From Octopus vulgaris (taxonomy: Eukaryota), in contig OX597817.1 of the NCBI GenBank assembly GCA_951406725.2, positions 120,094,001 through 120,158,000 on the forward strand: DNA of 64,000 nt, written 5' to 3'. Below the pieces are notes generated by a model. The model was not told where the DNA came from. It did not search any database and worked only from the letters and a program-made list of their open reading frames with translations. Below, one piece after another: positions 27,417-40,145 of the stretch. Position 1 is the stretch's first letter. Each line of letters starts with the position of its first letter. The position numbers and the translations under genes are program-made.

Positions 27417-28093
27417 CGTATATATAAACACACACACACATGCACACATATATATTTCATACATAAGCACACATATTTATGCATACACAAAACATAAATA
27501 CAAACATAAATTATTTCTGCTTTTTCAGAAGTATATATATATTCAAAATATCTCATTTTTCATCATTTATGTTTTTACTTTTATTTAAGTATATACAGTT
27601 TGCTCTGTTATTATTCCTGATATTCACTAGTGAAATTAGACATATTAATTGGCTTTGTGTAATACTTTAACAATGATGCTTTGTGTGATAAATTAACAAT
27701 GCTGCTTATGTTCATTATAAATGCAAACTTTCTAAAACAATTGTTTTTTTCCTATGTTGAAAATTCAAAATTTCCAATTGAAAATAATATGCACCTAAAC
27801 TACAAAATTATTCAGGTGCCACATTAGGCAGCTCATGAAATCCTAAGCTACATAAAAATAAAAGTAATAACAACTAGTGTTTGAAATCTTAATTCACAAG
27901 AGTGTTTTCTTTTTTTTTTTCCAAAATACAATTTTTTATTATCATTTCAAAAAGAGAAATGTACTCAATGTACTTTCTGGAAAGTATCAGCTGTTGAATT
28001 ATTTCTAACTGCATAATGTCATTCAAAAGATAAAAATTTGTGAAACATATAAACTTGTTCTTTCACTTATGTATTTTGCATGGTATAAACTAT

Positions 28094-28100
28094 CTCTCTC

Positions 28101-28170
<70 letters not shown>
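28094..28170. repeat. (CT)n(AT)n microsatellite
   Basis: Seen directly. Confidence 0.95.
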
Positions 28171-28176
<6 letters not shown>

Positions 28177-28254
28177 AAGAGAGAGATAGTTTCTTCTATT
28201 TTATTCTTTATAAACTGTGAATTTCTGTCTAGAACTTTCATACATAGTCACTTT

Positions 28255-28328
28255 GTCTCTGATGATGGAATACCCAGTGTATGGACATGCTAGCCTATCA
28301 CTTGGATACCCAGAAACAGCTGTAAGAC
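28255..28328 (+). ncRNA. Type I hammerhead ribozyme motif, canonical core, decayed stem II (probable PLE pLTR remnant)
   Basis: GUCU-CUGAUGA-[UGG...CCA]-GAAA-CAGCUG-UA-AGAC. Stem I GUCU/AGAC, palindromic stem III ACAGCUGU, GUA cleavage triplet. Confidence 0.7.
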
Positions 28329-28344
28329 TTTGAGCTGTAAGTCA

Positions 28345-28790
28345 TTGAGAAACTGATCATCAGTACAGGCAGGCATAAAGCCCAGGTAGCAGCACAAGAC
28401 GTAAGTATGAAAAGGTGCAGAGGAAAACATGAGGGTACTAATCCTGAATGAGATGTGAGCAAATATCAAGGAAAAACAGAACAGCAAACTTGCTGGAAGG
28501 CATCACTAGAAAAAGTGGTTAAGATGGAAGCAAGCAGTGTGTGTGTCAAGTAACATGGTTTCATCAAATTAAATTCTTGCTCCAAGTATTCAACAACATT
28601 CTACCAAATGCATCTAGCTTGTTCTGGAGAGAAGTGCAGTCACCAGTTTGACATCTGTGTTTAAGATAAGGGATCCTGGAGCACACCCTAAGCAGCTGCC
28701 TAAAATCCCTGGGTAAGAGGCGCTGCTGCTGTTTCTATAACCAAGTCCTAAAGCCATATGAGGCACTGTCTGCAATGGATTAGCCACTGG
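28345..28790 (+). mobile_element. Decayed HERO/R2-superfamily non-LTR retrotransposon fragment
   Basis: Frame from 28559: FHQIKFLLQVFNNILPNASSLFWREVQSPV*HLCLR*GILEHTLSSCLKSLGKRR...NQVLK. This fits a decayed CCHC knuckle plus the GRYxWRHdqVL region. Confidence 0.7.
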
Positions 28791-29786
28791 ATAAGCATCA
28801 CCACCCAACAAAGAAGCTCAAAATAGACTTGTCTCAGTCTCTCTTGTTTGTATATACGTAAATCAGTTCATTGAATTGAATTAAGCCCTTAGCAGGACAG
28901 GATTTACAAGCAGTATTTTCATAGGTAATTAAAATGAGTACTCAGTCACAGATATAATCACAACAAATGAATTGAAACTAATCTAGTAGATCCCTACTAT
29001 TTTGCTTTTTGTCCAAGAATATATTGTATATAAAATCATGCTATTTACATCTCTCTTTAACAAACACTGATAAAAATCTATAAATGTAAGGTAATACAGT
29101 ATTGTTTGATGCAAATTAACCACAAATAATCACATCATGGCAAATATATTGCCTGTAATTTCATCACAAGGTATTTACATAAGCCAGGACATTGCTGACA
29201 AATTCATTGTCATACCAAGTATATTGTCAGTAAACTCATCACCAAGATTTTTATCTGCAGAGTAATTTCATTACTAAACATTAAAGTTTTATTTACAATA
29301 TATAAAAAGATGATTCCATCCAACAATTTGTAAAATTTTAGAAATCTTGAGAAAAGAGCAATCAAGAAACATTGCAGGAAGAAATATAAAAAGACTACTG
29401 CAACAATTCAACATATCACAAATGAATATCAAAATTACAAAATACTGGTTTAAGAGGTACTGCTCATAATCTGTCATTTTAGAGTGTTTCTTCCTTCCAA
29501 TAATTCAAACTAGTGTTATCTTTTTACTGTGAGTATGTGTGATTTTATTCTTAATATAAATTTTGACATGTTTTCTTCATCAAGTATAAATTTAGGATTA
29601 GGAAATTAAAAATATTTTGTTCTTCAATTTTCTTTCGTTATTGATGGATTGCAGTGAGTTTACACTGCAATTAAAAACTTTAATGCTTAGTAAGATATTT
29701 ACACTATAGATAAAAAGCATGATGATGACTTCAACAGTACATTGGCTTATGATAAAATTACTAGGCAATGAAATTACAGATGATAT

Positions 29787-30200
29787 TACTCTTTTACTCT
29801 TTTACTTGTTTCAGTCATTTGACTGTGGCCATGCTGGAGCACCGCCTTTAGCCGAGCAAATCGACCCCAGGACTTATTCTTTGTAAGCCTAGTACTTATT
29901 CTATAGGTCTCTTTTGCTGAACCGCTAAGTTACAGGGACGTAAACACACTAGCATCGGTTGTCAAGCGATGTTGGGGGGACAAAGACAGACACACATACA
30001 CACACACATATATATATATATATATACATATATACGACAAGCTTCTTTCAGTTTCCATCTACCAAATCCATTCACAAGGCTTTGGTCGGCCCGAGGCTAT
30101 AGTAGAAGACACTTGCCCAAGGTGCCATGCAGTGGGACTGAACCCAGAACCATGTGGTTGGTAAGCAAGCTACTTACCACACAGCCACTCTTGCACCTAT
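29787..30200 (-). mobile_element. Full-length SINE, family A
   Basis: Reverse complement of the 22096 and 43207 copies, including the (TACTCTTT)n tail and internal microsatellite. Confidence 0.92.
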
Positions 30201-32629
30201 ATTTACAGTAATATATACATTATTAGCAAAGGAACTGGTATTAATACCAAACGTTAATCTTTATATCCAGCTTAATATAGATATCTTGTTAGAACAGTGA
30301 ATATTGTGTTATTAGTCTTGAGAGATCATCTTATATAGGAATTTGGTGCATAAAAGAACACACATAGATGATAGCAGACAAGAATTATCTGTCATGTGTG
30401 CAAGAAGTCCCATCTCATATAATTTCATTCCACTGGAAATTATCAGTCAGAGGTGTCCAGATACCACATGCCAGTCAAATCTCACAAAATATAGAATATT
30501 AACATTTTTTCAGACGCTAATGTCACAAATAGCTAGAATGCTCAAAGATTCTCATTACTACAGTCTATGTGTGTGCAACGAATTTGCCAAACACATGACA
30601 GTATAATATTAAAAGAGACTAATCTCAAAAAATATGTTGAAAAATAACAATGCTGAACTTATAGAAAGACTGAATAATTCTTATGAAATAAAAATGCAAA
30701 GAATAGTCCCTAATCATTAAAGCAATATTATATATTTACTACTTACAAAGAAAACATTTCATTTTGATCAAGTCTCTTCAATCAATACAACATAGGTAAA
30801 TGTGCTTGTAGTTATACACATAGAAAACAACAAACAACTAAGAGAAATTAAATATAATATAGTAAATAATTGAATTAAGACTGAACAAAACTAATTTTAA
30901 AGAGTGTTTTAGATGTCCAAGTGTACTCTGTATCCATGTACATGCTCGTGGGAGTGTGCATGCATTTATTTAATTAAACATAGTCTTTTCCATTTAACTT
31001 CTTTTAAATTTTAGCATAGCAAAGTTGGCAGTCAATTTGCTTGTCTTGATAATGAAATACTACTCTGTGAAGAAAATGCTTTTACATTTAAGAACAGCTA
31101 TCAAAATTTATTTCCAGATTTTGTTTAAAACTTTGATTATTGCATGTGTGTATGTGTGAGTGTGCATTGACGTGTGTGCATGTGTGTGTTCATGCATGCA
31201 TAATATGCTTCTGTTTACTGCATACATGTATGTATATCAATAAGTCTATGACAAGTGTATGCCTTTGAAAGCATATATCCAAAGTAGCTCATATACACAA
31301 TCAATTGCTTAGGTTTGTAGTCTTTAGTGTGTATATGTATTTATACTTAAGAATTTCTGTGCTAATGTAAACAGAACACTAAGATCCATATCCATATATA
31401 TAAGTTACTATACAATGGAACCACCAAGTTCATGCGATAATTTATGAAACCAAATCTGTTTTTGTCTAAATTCATTCTTACACAGAATTACATTACAGAT
31501 GCAATGCAAAATTTGGCACCAAGTTTATTGTTGTCCGTGCTTATTTTAAGATTTATACTAATTTGGTAGCTTTCTATTGCAGTATTCCTTTCAAAGAGGC
31601 ACAAATATTCCTGCTTATGTAGATCAAAATCATAATGTAATTTGCTTTATTTTGAAAATCTCTGCATAATTTCTAAGAAAAAACAGAGCAGAAACAATTT
31701 CATCTACGTGCATTCATTATAAATACAAATATCTTCTTTTTTTATTTTACTTTTTAATGTATTCATTAAGCTGTTTTTCGAAGACAGAAATATAGATAAT
31801 TAACTAGATGAACAAACAAATAAATAAATCCAAGAGTCAAACATAAATTCAACTCATGTAAGAGTTTTTGCATCAGTTATTTGTTCTGGAAATGTACCAA
31901 CTAATTTCTTTGGAATGAACCTCTTTGAATGTAGGTAAATATGTTTTAGACCTTAAATTATTTCGCTTGCCAAATACAAACTTGAATGACAGCAAAACTA
32001 ATATTGATGACAACATCAATGGTACTAACAACAAGGTAAGTATAATCAAGATGTATTTAATTCCTGACAAAATACTTTATTGTTCAAGTACACTGAAACT
32101 CACAAGCGGCCACCTATGTATAGATCACTCACTCCTACTCTATTCAATAACAGAGTTCCTAGCAGAGAAAGTAGTGTTGTTGAAATCAGCAAACACGGTA
32201 AATTGCTCTGGCCGGAAACTTATGAGGATTGGTTATCATCAATCCATCTACATACCATATGATGATAATGGATATCTCGTGGTAAAATGACTGTCAAAAT
32301 AACAATTATTTTTCACTTAACAAATAAGATATAGTTTTACCCATAAACTGAATAATATGCGAACTGAAAACTTAGTTTTTAGATTGAATTTTATCCCTGC
32401 TAATGCCTTCTTGCTGTTCATTCATAAAGTTAGAACAATTAAACACATCATCAATGTCATTATTTAATACCCATGTTCCATGCTTGCAGAAAATATACTA
32501 CATTTCATTGCAACTTGTTAGCAACAAAAATATCAATTCATACTGACATGTCTATATTACAAAGAAAACAAAAATGTTGAGTTATTATTGCAGTCATATG
32601 TCTACATTAAAGACAAAGATGAAAGCTCT

Positions 32630-32850
32630 TTCCAAAGCTGTAGGCTGGTTTTCCAGATTCTGTGACATATATACTCCCCAACTGGACAGAATGCTGGTCC
32701 ATTGCAGGATTATTCATTTTTGCTAGCTGAATGGAGTATCATGAAATAAAGTGTTTGATCAAGAACAGAACACATTGCCTGGTCCAGGAATCACATCCAA
32801 AATCTACCAATCATAAATGCAACAGACTACCAAACCACATGCCTCCATGC
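32630..32850 (-). mobile_element. Old SINE, family C
   Basis: ttcatttttgctagctgaatggag...aaataaagtg...cctggtccaggaatc. Confidence 0.6.
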
Positions 32851-34412
32851 CCACATGAATAAAAATAGGTAAAAACTTAGTTCTAGCACCATTATTGTTC
32901 CAGTGATGCTTTATCATATTGTTTTTAATAAATTTATCACTAACCACAAAATTAAGCTGAATATTTGATAATCTCAAACAGAATTGCCTACTAATATGTG
33001 TTAATCACACATACATCACTTTATACCAACAAATTAGAATCAGTATTTAGTTAAAAAATTAGTAGCAAATACATAGTAACAAATATTATTAAAGTATATA
33101 ATATTTTGTCAATTCCAACTAAAAAACGTCAACTTTGATTCTCATCATTCCAGATTTTAATATTTAAAATAATTGCACAAATAATATACTGAGACCTATT
33201 AAACTGACTTATAATTCATGCATACTGATTTATTTCAAGATATAAAGTATATTGAAATATACTTTTGTGAGATAATCATAATTTCCATGATGACTCAGAT
33301 ATCTCTTAGAAATATTAAAAAGCATGTTTTCACATTTCAGGAACAAGCAGAAAAATCCCACCAAGAATAATTTTATCTTTCATCCTTCCAGGGTCAAGAA
33401 AATAAAGTACCTGTCAAGAGCAAGTGCTTAGTGCCTATATTAGAAATAATTATCTCATACACTATGAAAAAAAAAACAAATTATTATTATTATTACTATT
33501 ACTAATCTCCTCACATACATTCTTTATACTAATTATAATTAGTATAATGGAATGAATAATTATTCATTCTCTTAACATACTTTTATTTACTTAGATGTAC
33601 TTTTTCTTTCCTCCTGATGTAAGCATAAGACAAAGCCTGGCAAATGCACATTGTAAGAGTGCACTTTTGATGCAAGTCTGATGAAGTGCTGCTCTTAATG
33701 TCTAGAACACAAATACTACACAAATTTTCATTTCAAACTTTTGCGCAAATTAGCATAGTAAGCAAATTTGATACAGAAACAATTGTAATCAATCATTAAA
33801 GATGTGTTATATTATTTCTTTATCTTATTATTTGGATTATATATATATATATATATATAAATGGGTTATTCAAAAAGAAAGAGCAGATTTCAAATTTATT
33901 ATTTAAACAAACAGTAAGAGACACAAACACATTCTACATATTTCTTGATAGGGGAAGTTTTAATGTTTGTAGCTGAACATGTTCAATTGAATTAACCCTT
34001 AAATAAAATAATCTTTTAATTTTGTTTTAATGTTTCATTTTATTGAAGTTGTATAATTTTCATTTGTGTAATCCCTTAGAAAATAGCAATGCCACGAGAA
34101 AAGTCTTTTTGTGTACTGTAGTTTGAGAAATGCAAATCGATTGTGCAAATGCAATGTGAATTTTGCCGTCAATTCAATAAAAATCTACCTTGTCACAAGC
34201 AAGTTTACGAATGGCATAAAAATTTCACAGAAAAAGGTTGCATTTGTAAAGGAAAAAAGCACCAGTGCTCATGGTGCTCATGCTGAGTGCATACTAACTT
34301 AAAATAAACTTTAAACCTTCCCCTACCAAGAAATATGTAGAATGTGTTTGTGCCTATTACAGTATATTTTTTAAATAAATTCAAAATTCTGCTCTTTCTT
34401 TTTGAATAACTC

Positions 34413-34414
<2 letters not shown>

Positions 34415-34461
<47 letters not shown>

Positions 34462-34467
34462 ATATGT

Positions 34468-34517
<50 letters not shown>

Positions 34518-34540
34518 GTACATATGTATATATGTATGTC
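34415..34540. repeat. (TA)n/(CA)n compound microsatellite
   Basis: Seen directly. Confidence 0.95.
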
Positions 34541-37204
34541 TTGCAGTACCTGATAATTTAGAATTACATCTAGAAGAGTATCAGAAATTATGCCAGTTTG
34601 ATTTGCTTTGCTATTTTTTTAATTACAGCTAATAAGAGAATAACAGATAAAATACATGAAAATGAATTACTTTTTAGCTTTTACCTTCTGCTGAAGAAAG
34701 AAAAAGTGGTTATATAAGACTATATGAGGAATTAACCTATAATTTGTCTATCCTTAGAAAGTCTAATCTTACTTATGATAACATTTTGAAAAATAAGTTA
34801 TTCTCAATAAATTGATTAGGCTAAGAATAAACCATTTTAATCCAATAGAAGTAATTTACATTGAAATGCTGTGATGAATACAACACAAATTTCTCTACTT
34901 GATTTTTAAATACAAGAAAACATTGTCTCTTTATTAAATTTGAAGCAAAAGGACTCAAAATTATTGACATCAAAATATATGATGTAAAGTGAAAAAAGAA
35001 AATTAATAAATTATTTATGTACAATTTATGTGTATTCAACAAAAGTTGAAAGCATATATTTACTTAAAAATCCACCATTTTGTTAGAAACCCACTCCAAT
35101 ATCAAATATTTTTCATTCAAAATTGACCAATATACAAAAGCAATTATTAACTTAGCATTAAAATACTAATATAAATATATACAATATTGATGCATATATT
35201 TTATTTTCATTTTTCATTTGTTTTAAACAATTGCTTTAAAATCAAACGTATTTTACTCCACTCTTTCTATTACTTAAAAAAAAAAGAATTTCTTTTTATT
35301 TAGTTTTTACAGACTACTAAATTAATGATTTTATATTTTTATTTATTCAATCCAATAATCATATTCCATTTTGAAGTTAAAAATGATTTTATTTTTAATT
35401 ATTATAACTTATATAATTTCGCTAGTTTGTTTTGGAAAGTTTTGAACGTTTTAGAATTGAGATATTAGTATTTCTTCAATTAATGTATGCTTACAAAGAT
35501 ATTTACCATATTTTTCAAATTTATTTTACTACTATCTACAAATATTGATCATTTAAAAAATAATTTATATAAATATTTATTAGAATTTTACTTTACAATG
35601 TAAAAAGCAACGTTGGATTTCAATGTAAAAAAAAAATCAATTGAAATATTTTAAAGTAACATTTGCTCTATTTCAGAAAAAAAAGTAAAAATCTAAATAT
35701 ATGAAAAAGAAGTGAATAACAGTTTGCTAATAATAACTTTGGTAAGTAACCAATGCAAGTAGGCAACTGAAATATTCCAATGAAAGCAGCAAGATGTTAT
35801 TGTAATCTAAATGAGTGTCTGTCTTAACATTGTAGGTCGTAAAACTCTCAATATGGCTATTAAAGCACATGACCTTAGTCTACATAAAAAAATACTACAA
35901 TGGTAACTCTAGTGATTACTGGTTGGTGCTTTGTGTCTTCTATTATGAAAAAAATTCATCTTTCCATGGAAAACACAAACAAACTGTTTTTTGATTTAGT
36001 CTTGACAGAATGTAGATAATGTATTTCACAGTTCAGTTGCCTCTAAAAGTTGTGTTTTTGTTCTTTACAATTAATAATTGGCTCATTATAGACACACACA
36101 CGTCCATATATACATATATGTGTGTGTGCGTGTACGTACACACCTATGTATACATACACATAAATACATACAAACATGTACATATATATATGCAAGGGAG
36201 AGAGAGAAATATAGAGAGAGATCGAGAGAAAAGAAGGTGTAAATATATTTTCCAGAAAGTTGATGTTAGAAGATATGAAGTAAATATGGGCATATTGCCA
36301 AATAATGACTTAAACAGTAATGGTGAAACATTTCAAACTTATTCCAAAAGATAGCAAAAAGAAATATATGTCTTCATTGGGATTTTGAAATGGTGAAATG
36401 ATTCTATGCTACACAATCTATTTCAAAATGCTATGATTAAAATTTCTTGAGATATCAGTGTGAAGGTCATTACCAATCAGACTCAGAACACTGTTAAAGA
36501 CGAAATTATCATCTACTAGACACAGTTTGAAGGAAGGGGTGTTTCTTTATAAGAATAAATTAATTCAACTTTGAATCATAAAATTAATCTTAACAGTCAA
36601 ATCACTTAATAAAATTCTAATTAAATTCACTTCTAAAAATGAACAAGAAGAAATAGTTCAATAATAACATATTATTTCTATTAATTCATCAATTATATTT
36701 TTAGAGCTGAAAAATTTCAGACACTTTTTTTTTCTCTTACAATATTTGATATATTACTAATAAAAGAATAACAAAAGAAAAAAGCAATAAATGACTTTAA
36801 AAATGCTAATGATTTTTTGAAGTAACATGCATTTTCTTACGTTTTTAGGCATTCTTCAAAAGTATTTTAAATTACACTAATATACAAGTCAGTAGAAGAT
36901 TGAAAATTTGTATTGAGGTATTTCTTGTAAAAATTTCATTTGTAGTAAAGTTTTATAACTTAATGAGATGAGGCAAGGCAATGTTCATGACCATCGAAAC
37001 TGGTGGATGGAAGGCAGGGGAAAAGTAACCATCACTCAGTAATAGCTAAGATAAGAAAGTAGTCTATCAAGAAATAAAGTTATCCTTAGGCACAGTCATA
37101 GCTGTTTGGTAAGAAGTTTGGCACTAACCAAGACATTGTGAGTGAATTTGACTGACAGAAACTGAATGATGTCCTACACACACACATATATATATATATA
37201 TAGA

Positions 37205-38205
37205 TATATATGGCTTTTCCTGACATGGAGAAGGTCTTTTACAGGGTACCCCACTCCTTCATCTGGTGGGCAATGTGGAAGCCAGGGATATATGAGTGGT
37301 TGGTGAGAGCTGCAGTACAAGTAATGTACATTGATGCTGTCAGTAACATGAAAGTCAGCAATGAGTACAGCAAGGAATTGAGTGTACAAGGAGTTCACCA
37401 AGGATCAAATCTCATCCCCACTCTTGTTTGTCAGAGTCTCCAGGTCATGACAGAGCGATTTAAGACTGGCTGCCCTTGGGAGCTCTTCTATGCCAATGAG
37501 CTTGACCTTACAGCTGAATCACTACCAAAACTATAGAAGAATTTTCAGTTGCGGAAGCAAGGTCCGGAAACAAAGGGCATTTGAGTTAACTAAGCAGAGG
37601 CCAAAGTCTTAGTAAGTAGGAAAACAGGCAAATCACAGATCCCTTCAGGGAGATATTGGAAGAAACTTCATACAGTGTACCCAGTGTAAAATATGAACAC
37701 AGGAAGTGCAGTGGTATCACAGGAAGGCTAACAGAGAAGGTAGTCTATGTTTGTGGCAGATGTGCAGGAACATTAAGCACTAGGAATGTACAGACAATAG
37801 ACTCTCTCAAATGTCCAGGGCGATCCTTAGAAGTAGTAGTTAGTATCTGTTACTTAAGCAACGAAGTTAGCAGTAGAAAAAGTAGTTCTGAAAGTGTAGT
37901 AGCAAGAATAAGAACTGGCTGGGTGAAGTTCAGAGAGCTTCTACCTTTGTTAGTAACAAAAAGCCTCTCCCTCAGAATGAAAGGTTGATTGTATGATGCC
38001 TGTGTATATACAGCTATACTATATAGCAGTGAGGCATGGACTGTGGCCACTGAGGATAAGAAATGAAGCCAGAAGGGTAGTATCAGTGTGCATGTGTAAC
38101 AGTGTAAGTGATTTGAGAGAAAAATTGTGTATAGAAGGCATCAGATGTAGTGTACAAGATACTGTGCTGGTATGGTCATGTTATGCAGATGGATGAGGAC
38201 AACTA
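37205..38205 (+). mobile_element. Decayed 5'-truncated RTE-clade LINE (RT domain fragment)
   Basis: MAFPDMEKVFYRVP (motif A), GVHQGS (motif B), WELFYANEL (decayed YADDL), then CYL...RIRTGWVKFRELLPLL and LYDACV...YSSEAW. Stops and frameshifts are present. Confidence 0.9.
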
Positions 38206-39912
38206 ATAAAAAAAAATAAGATGGTGGTGCTAAGTGAAGCAACAGATTAAGATTACAATTCAAATCAAGACACATTCCATTTAACTGGCTTCTACACATT
38301 TTCTGTTAACCTAATTTTACTAGCAAGACTCAGATTATCTCAAGGATATGAGGTAGAGCTATGTAGTAGGATTAAGCTTAGAACTATTTGATTGTGAAAC
38401 AAACGTATTAACTATGTAGCCACTACTGTGTCTAGATAGCTTTATTAGGTTTCTATCTTATTGTCTGTAAAAAAAAATGTAAAAAAGAAAATATTCATTC
38501 TGAATAAGAAATCAAAACATTCTCAAGAATTCAATACCATCACCTTTACCTTCTTCTGCACAACCAGCATCATAGAAAACATAGCTCATGAAAATTGGTC
38601 AAACCAGAATTGTTTTTGTTTTGAAAGCATATGAAGTTTAATTGCAATATTTTATTAGTTATTATGACAAATATGCTATTTTCTATTACTTCTTCTCAGA
38701 TATCACTTGAAAAATATTGAAGTAAAGAAAGCCAGTATCACTATATTTGTGTTTATTGCTAAATATATTACAAAGAAAATTACATAGCAGACCTAGAATG
38801 ACCTACATAGAGAAAGAGAAAGTGTCAGAGGGAGGGCGAATGAGACAGAGTGAGAAAAGTAAGAAAGAATCTGAGAATGCCTGATAATAAACATAATCTA
38901 TTTCTAAAGCTATTTTAGATTTCACTTCATAATTCCTTATTTGAAACATATTTTTATTTGTTAAGCTGAGAAGAAAAGGCACAGTCAGAGCATATCCCAT
39001 CTGGCAACTCTGTTCTATTATGACAGCTTGATGGGGGTGAATGAAATTTGAATAGATTTGAATAGTTGCACATTGATAGCAGGTGATAATAATTTGGGAA
39101 GAACTCCCAGAGTAAAGAATTCAATTAAAGAAAGGATGAAAAAGGAAAAAAAAGAGAGGATTTATGACAGTCACATTATGATGTTCCCATTTTACCATCC
39201 AGTCTGCTGACATTTGAAAAAGTTTTTGTCATAAAAGGAATAGAAATAAAGTCTACCTATCAGTGCTTGCTCGCTTCAGTTTCAGTGATTTAGAGCTATT
39301 TTGTAGTCCAGAATTTAGTATGGCATTTACCTGTTTATATTTATGATTGATTTTCAATAAAAGTCCATCACTTTTGTAAAGGAAAATTACATACTTTAAG
39401 ACAAGATTGAAAGTTGTTGTTATTGATATTTGACCCCAGTGATCCAGCTCACTTTATTCATGAATATACTGTCTTTTTTTGTCACATGAGTGAAGTATAT
39501 TAAGGGAATGGAGAAGAATAACTTCCTCAAAAATATAAGCAATATAGGTGTGCCACAAAAAGAATTAGCAGTTTTTCAAGAAATACTAAAACCATACAGG
39601 TCTGTGAGCTTCCAAAAGGACATTATTTCATATTCATTTTCCTAATGAATTTATCTGTGGTTTGGGTGGTGTGTTTCATCTAGATACATAGTATTTTGTT
39701 TTCAGTGCTATTGAATGTGTTGATATTTACATTTATTAATCTTTCTTATGAAGATTAATTTTCTACTTTATGAAGCAAGTAATTATCAGAATTAAAATAT
39801 ATGTATAAGAAAAAAAAAAGAAAGTTTGTTGATGTAAAGAAAAAGTATAATCAAGTAATTTGTTTGCATAAAGCATGATTAGTAAACCTCCAACAGAGAG
39901 AAATATGAAAAG

Positions 39913-40145
39913 AGGCGGCGAGCTGGCAGAAACATTAACACACCAGGCGAAATGCTTAGTGGGATTTCATCTGCCATTATGTTCTGAGTTCAAATTCCGC
40001 AAGGTCAACTTTGCCTTTCATCCTTTCGGGGTTGATAAATTAAGTACCAGTTACGCACTGGGATCGATGCAATCAACTTAATCCCTTTGTCTGTCCTTGT
40101 TTGTCCCCTCTATGTTTAGCCCCTTGTGGACCAAAAAGAAAACAA
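39913..40145 (+). mobile_element. SINE, family B, with 12 bp TSD
   Basis: ggcggcgagctggcagaa head and B box GAGTTCAAATTCC. TSD AAATATGAAAAG at 39901-39912 and 40146-40157. Confidence 0.88.

Noticed and set aside
33678-33720. Other CTGATGA occurrences (also ~3997, ~44237) as hammerheads
   Set aside because: No properly placed stem II, GAAA, NUH or closing stem I.
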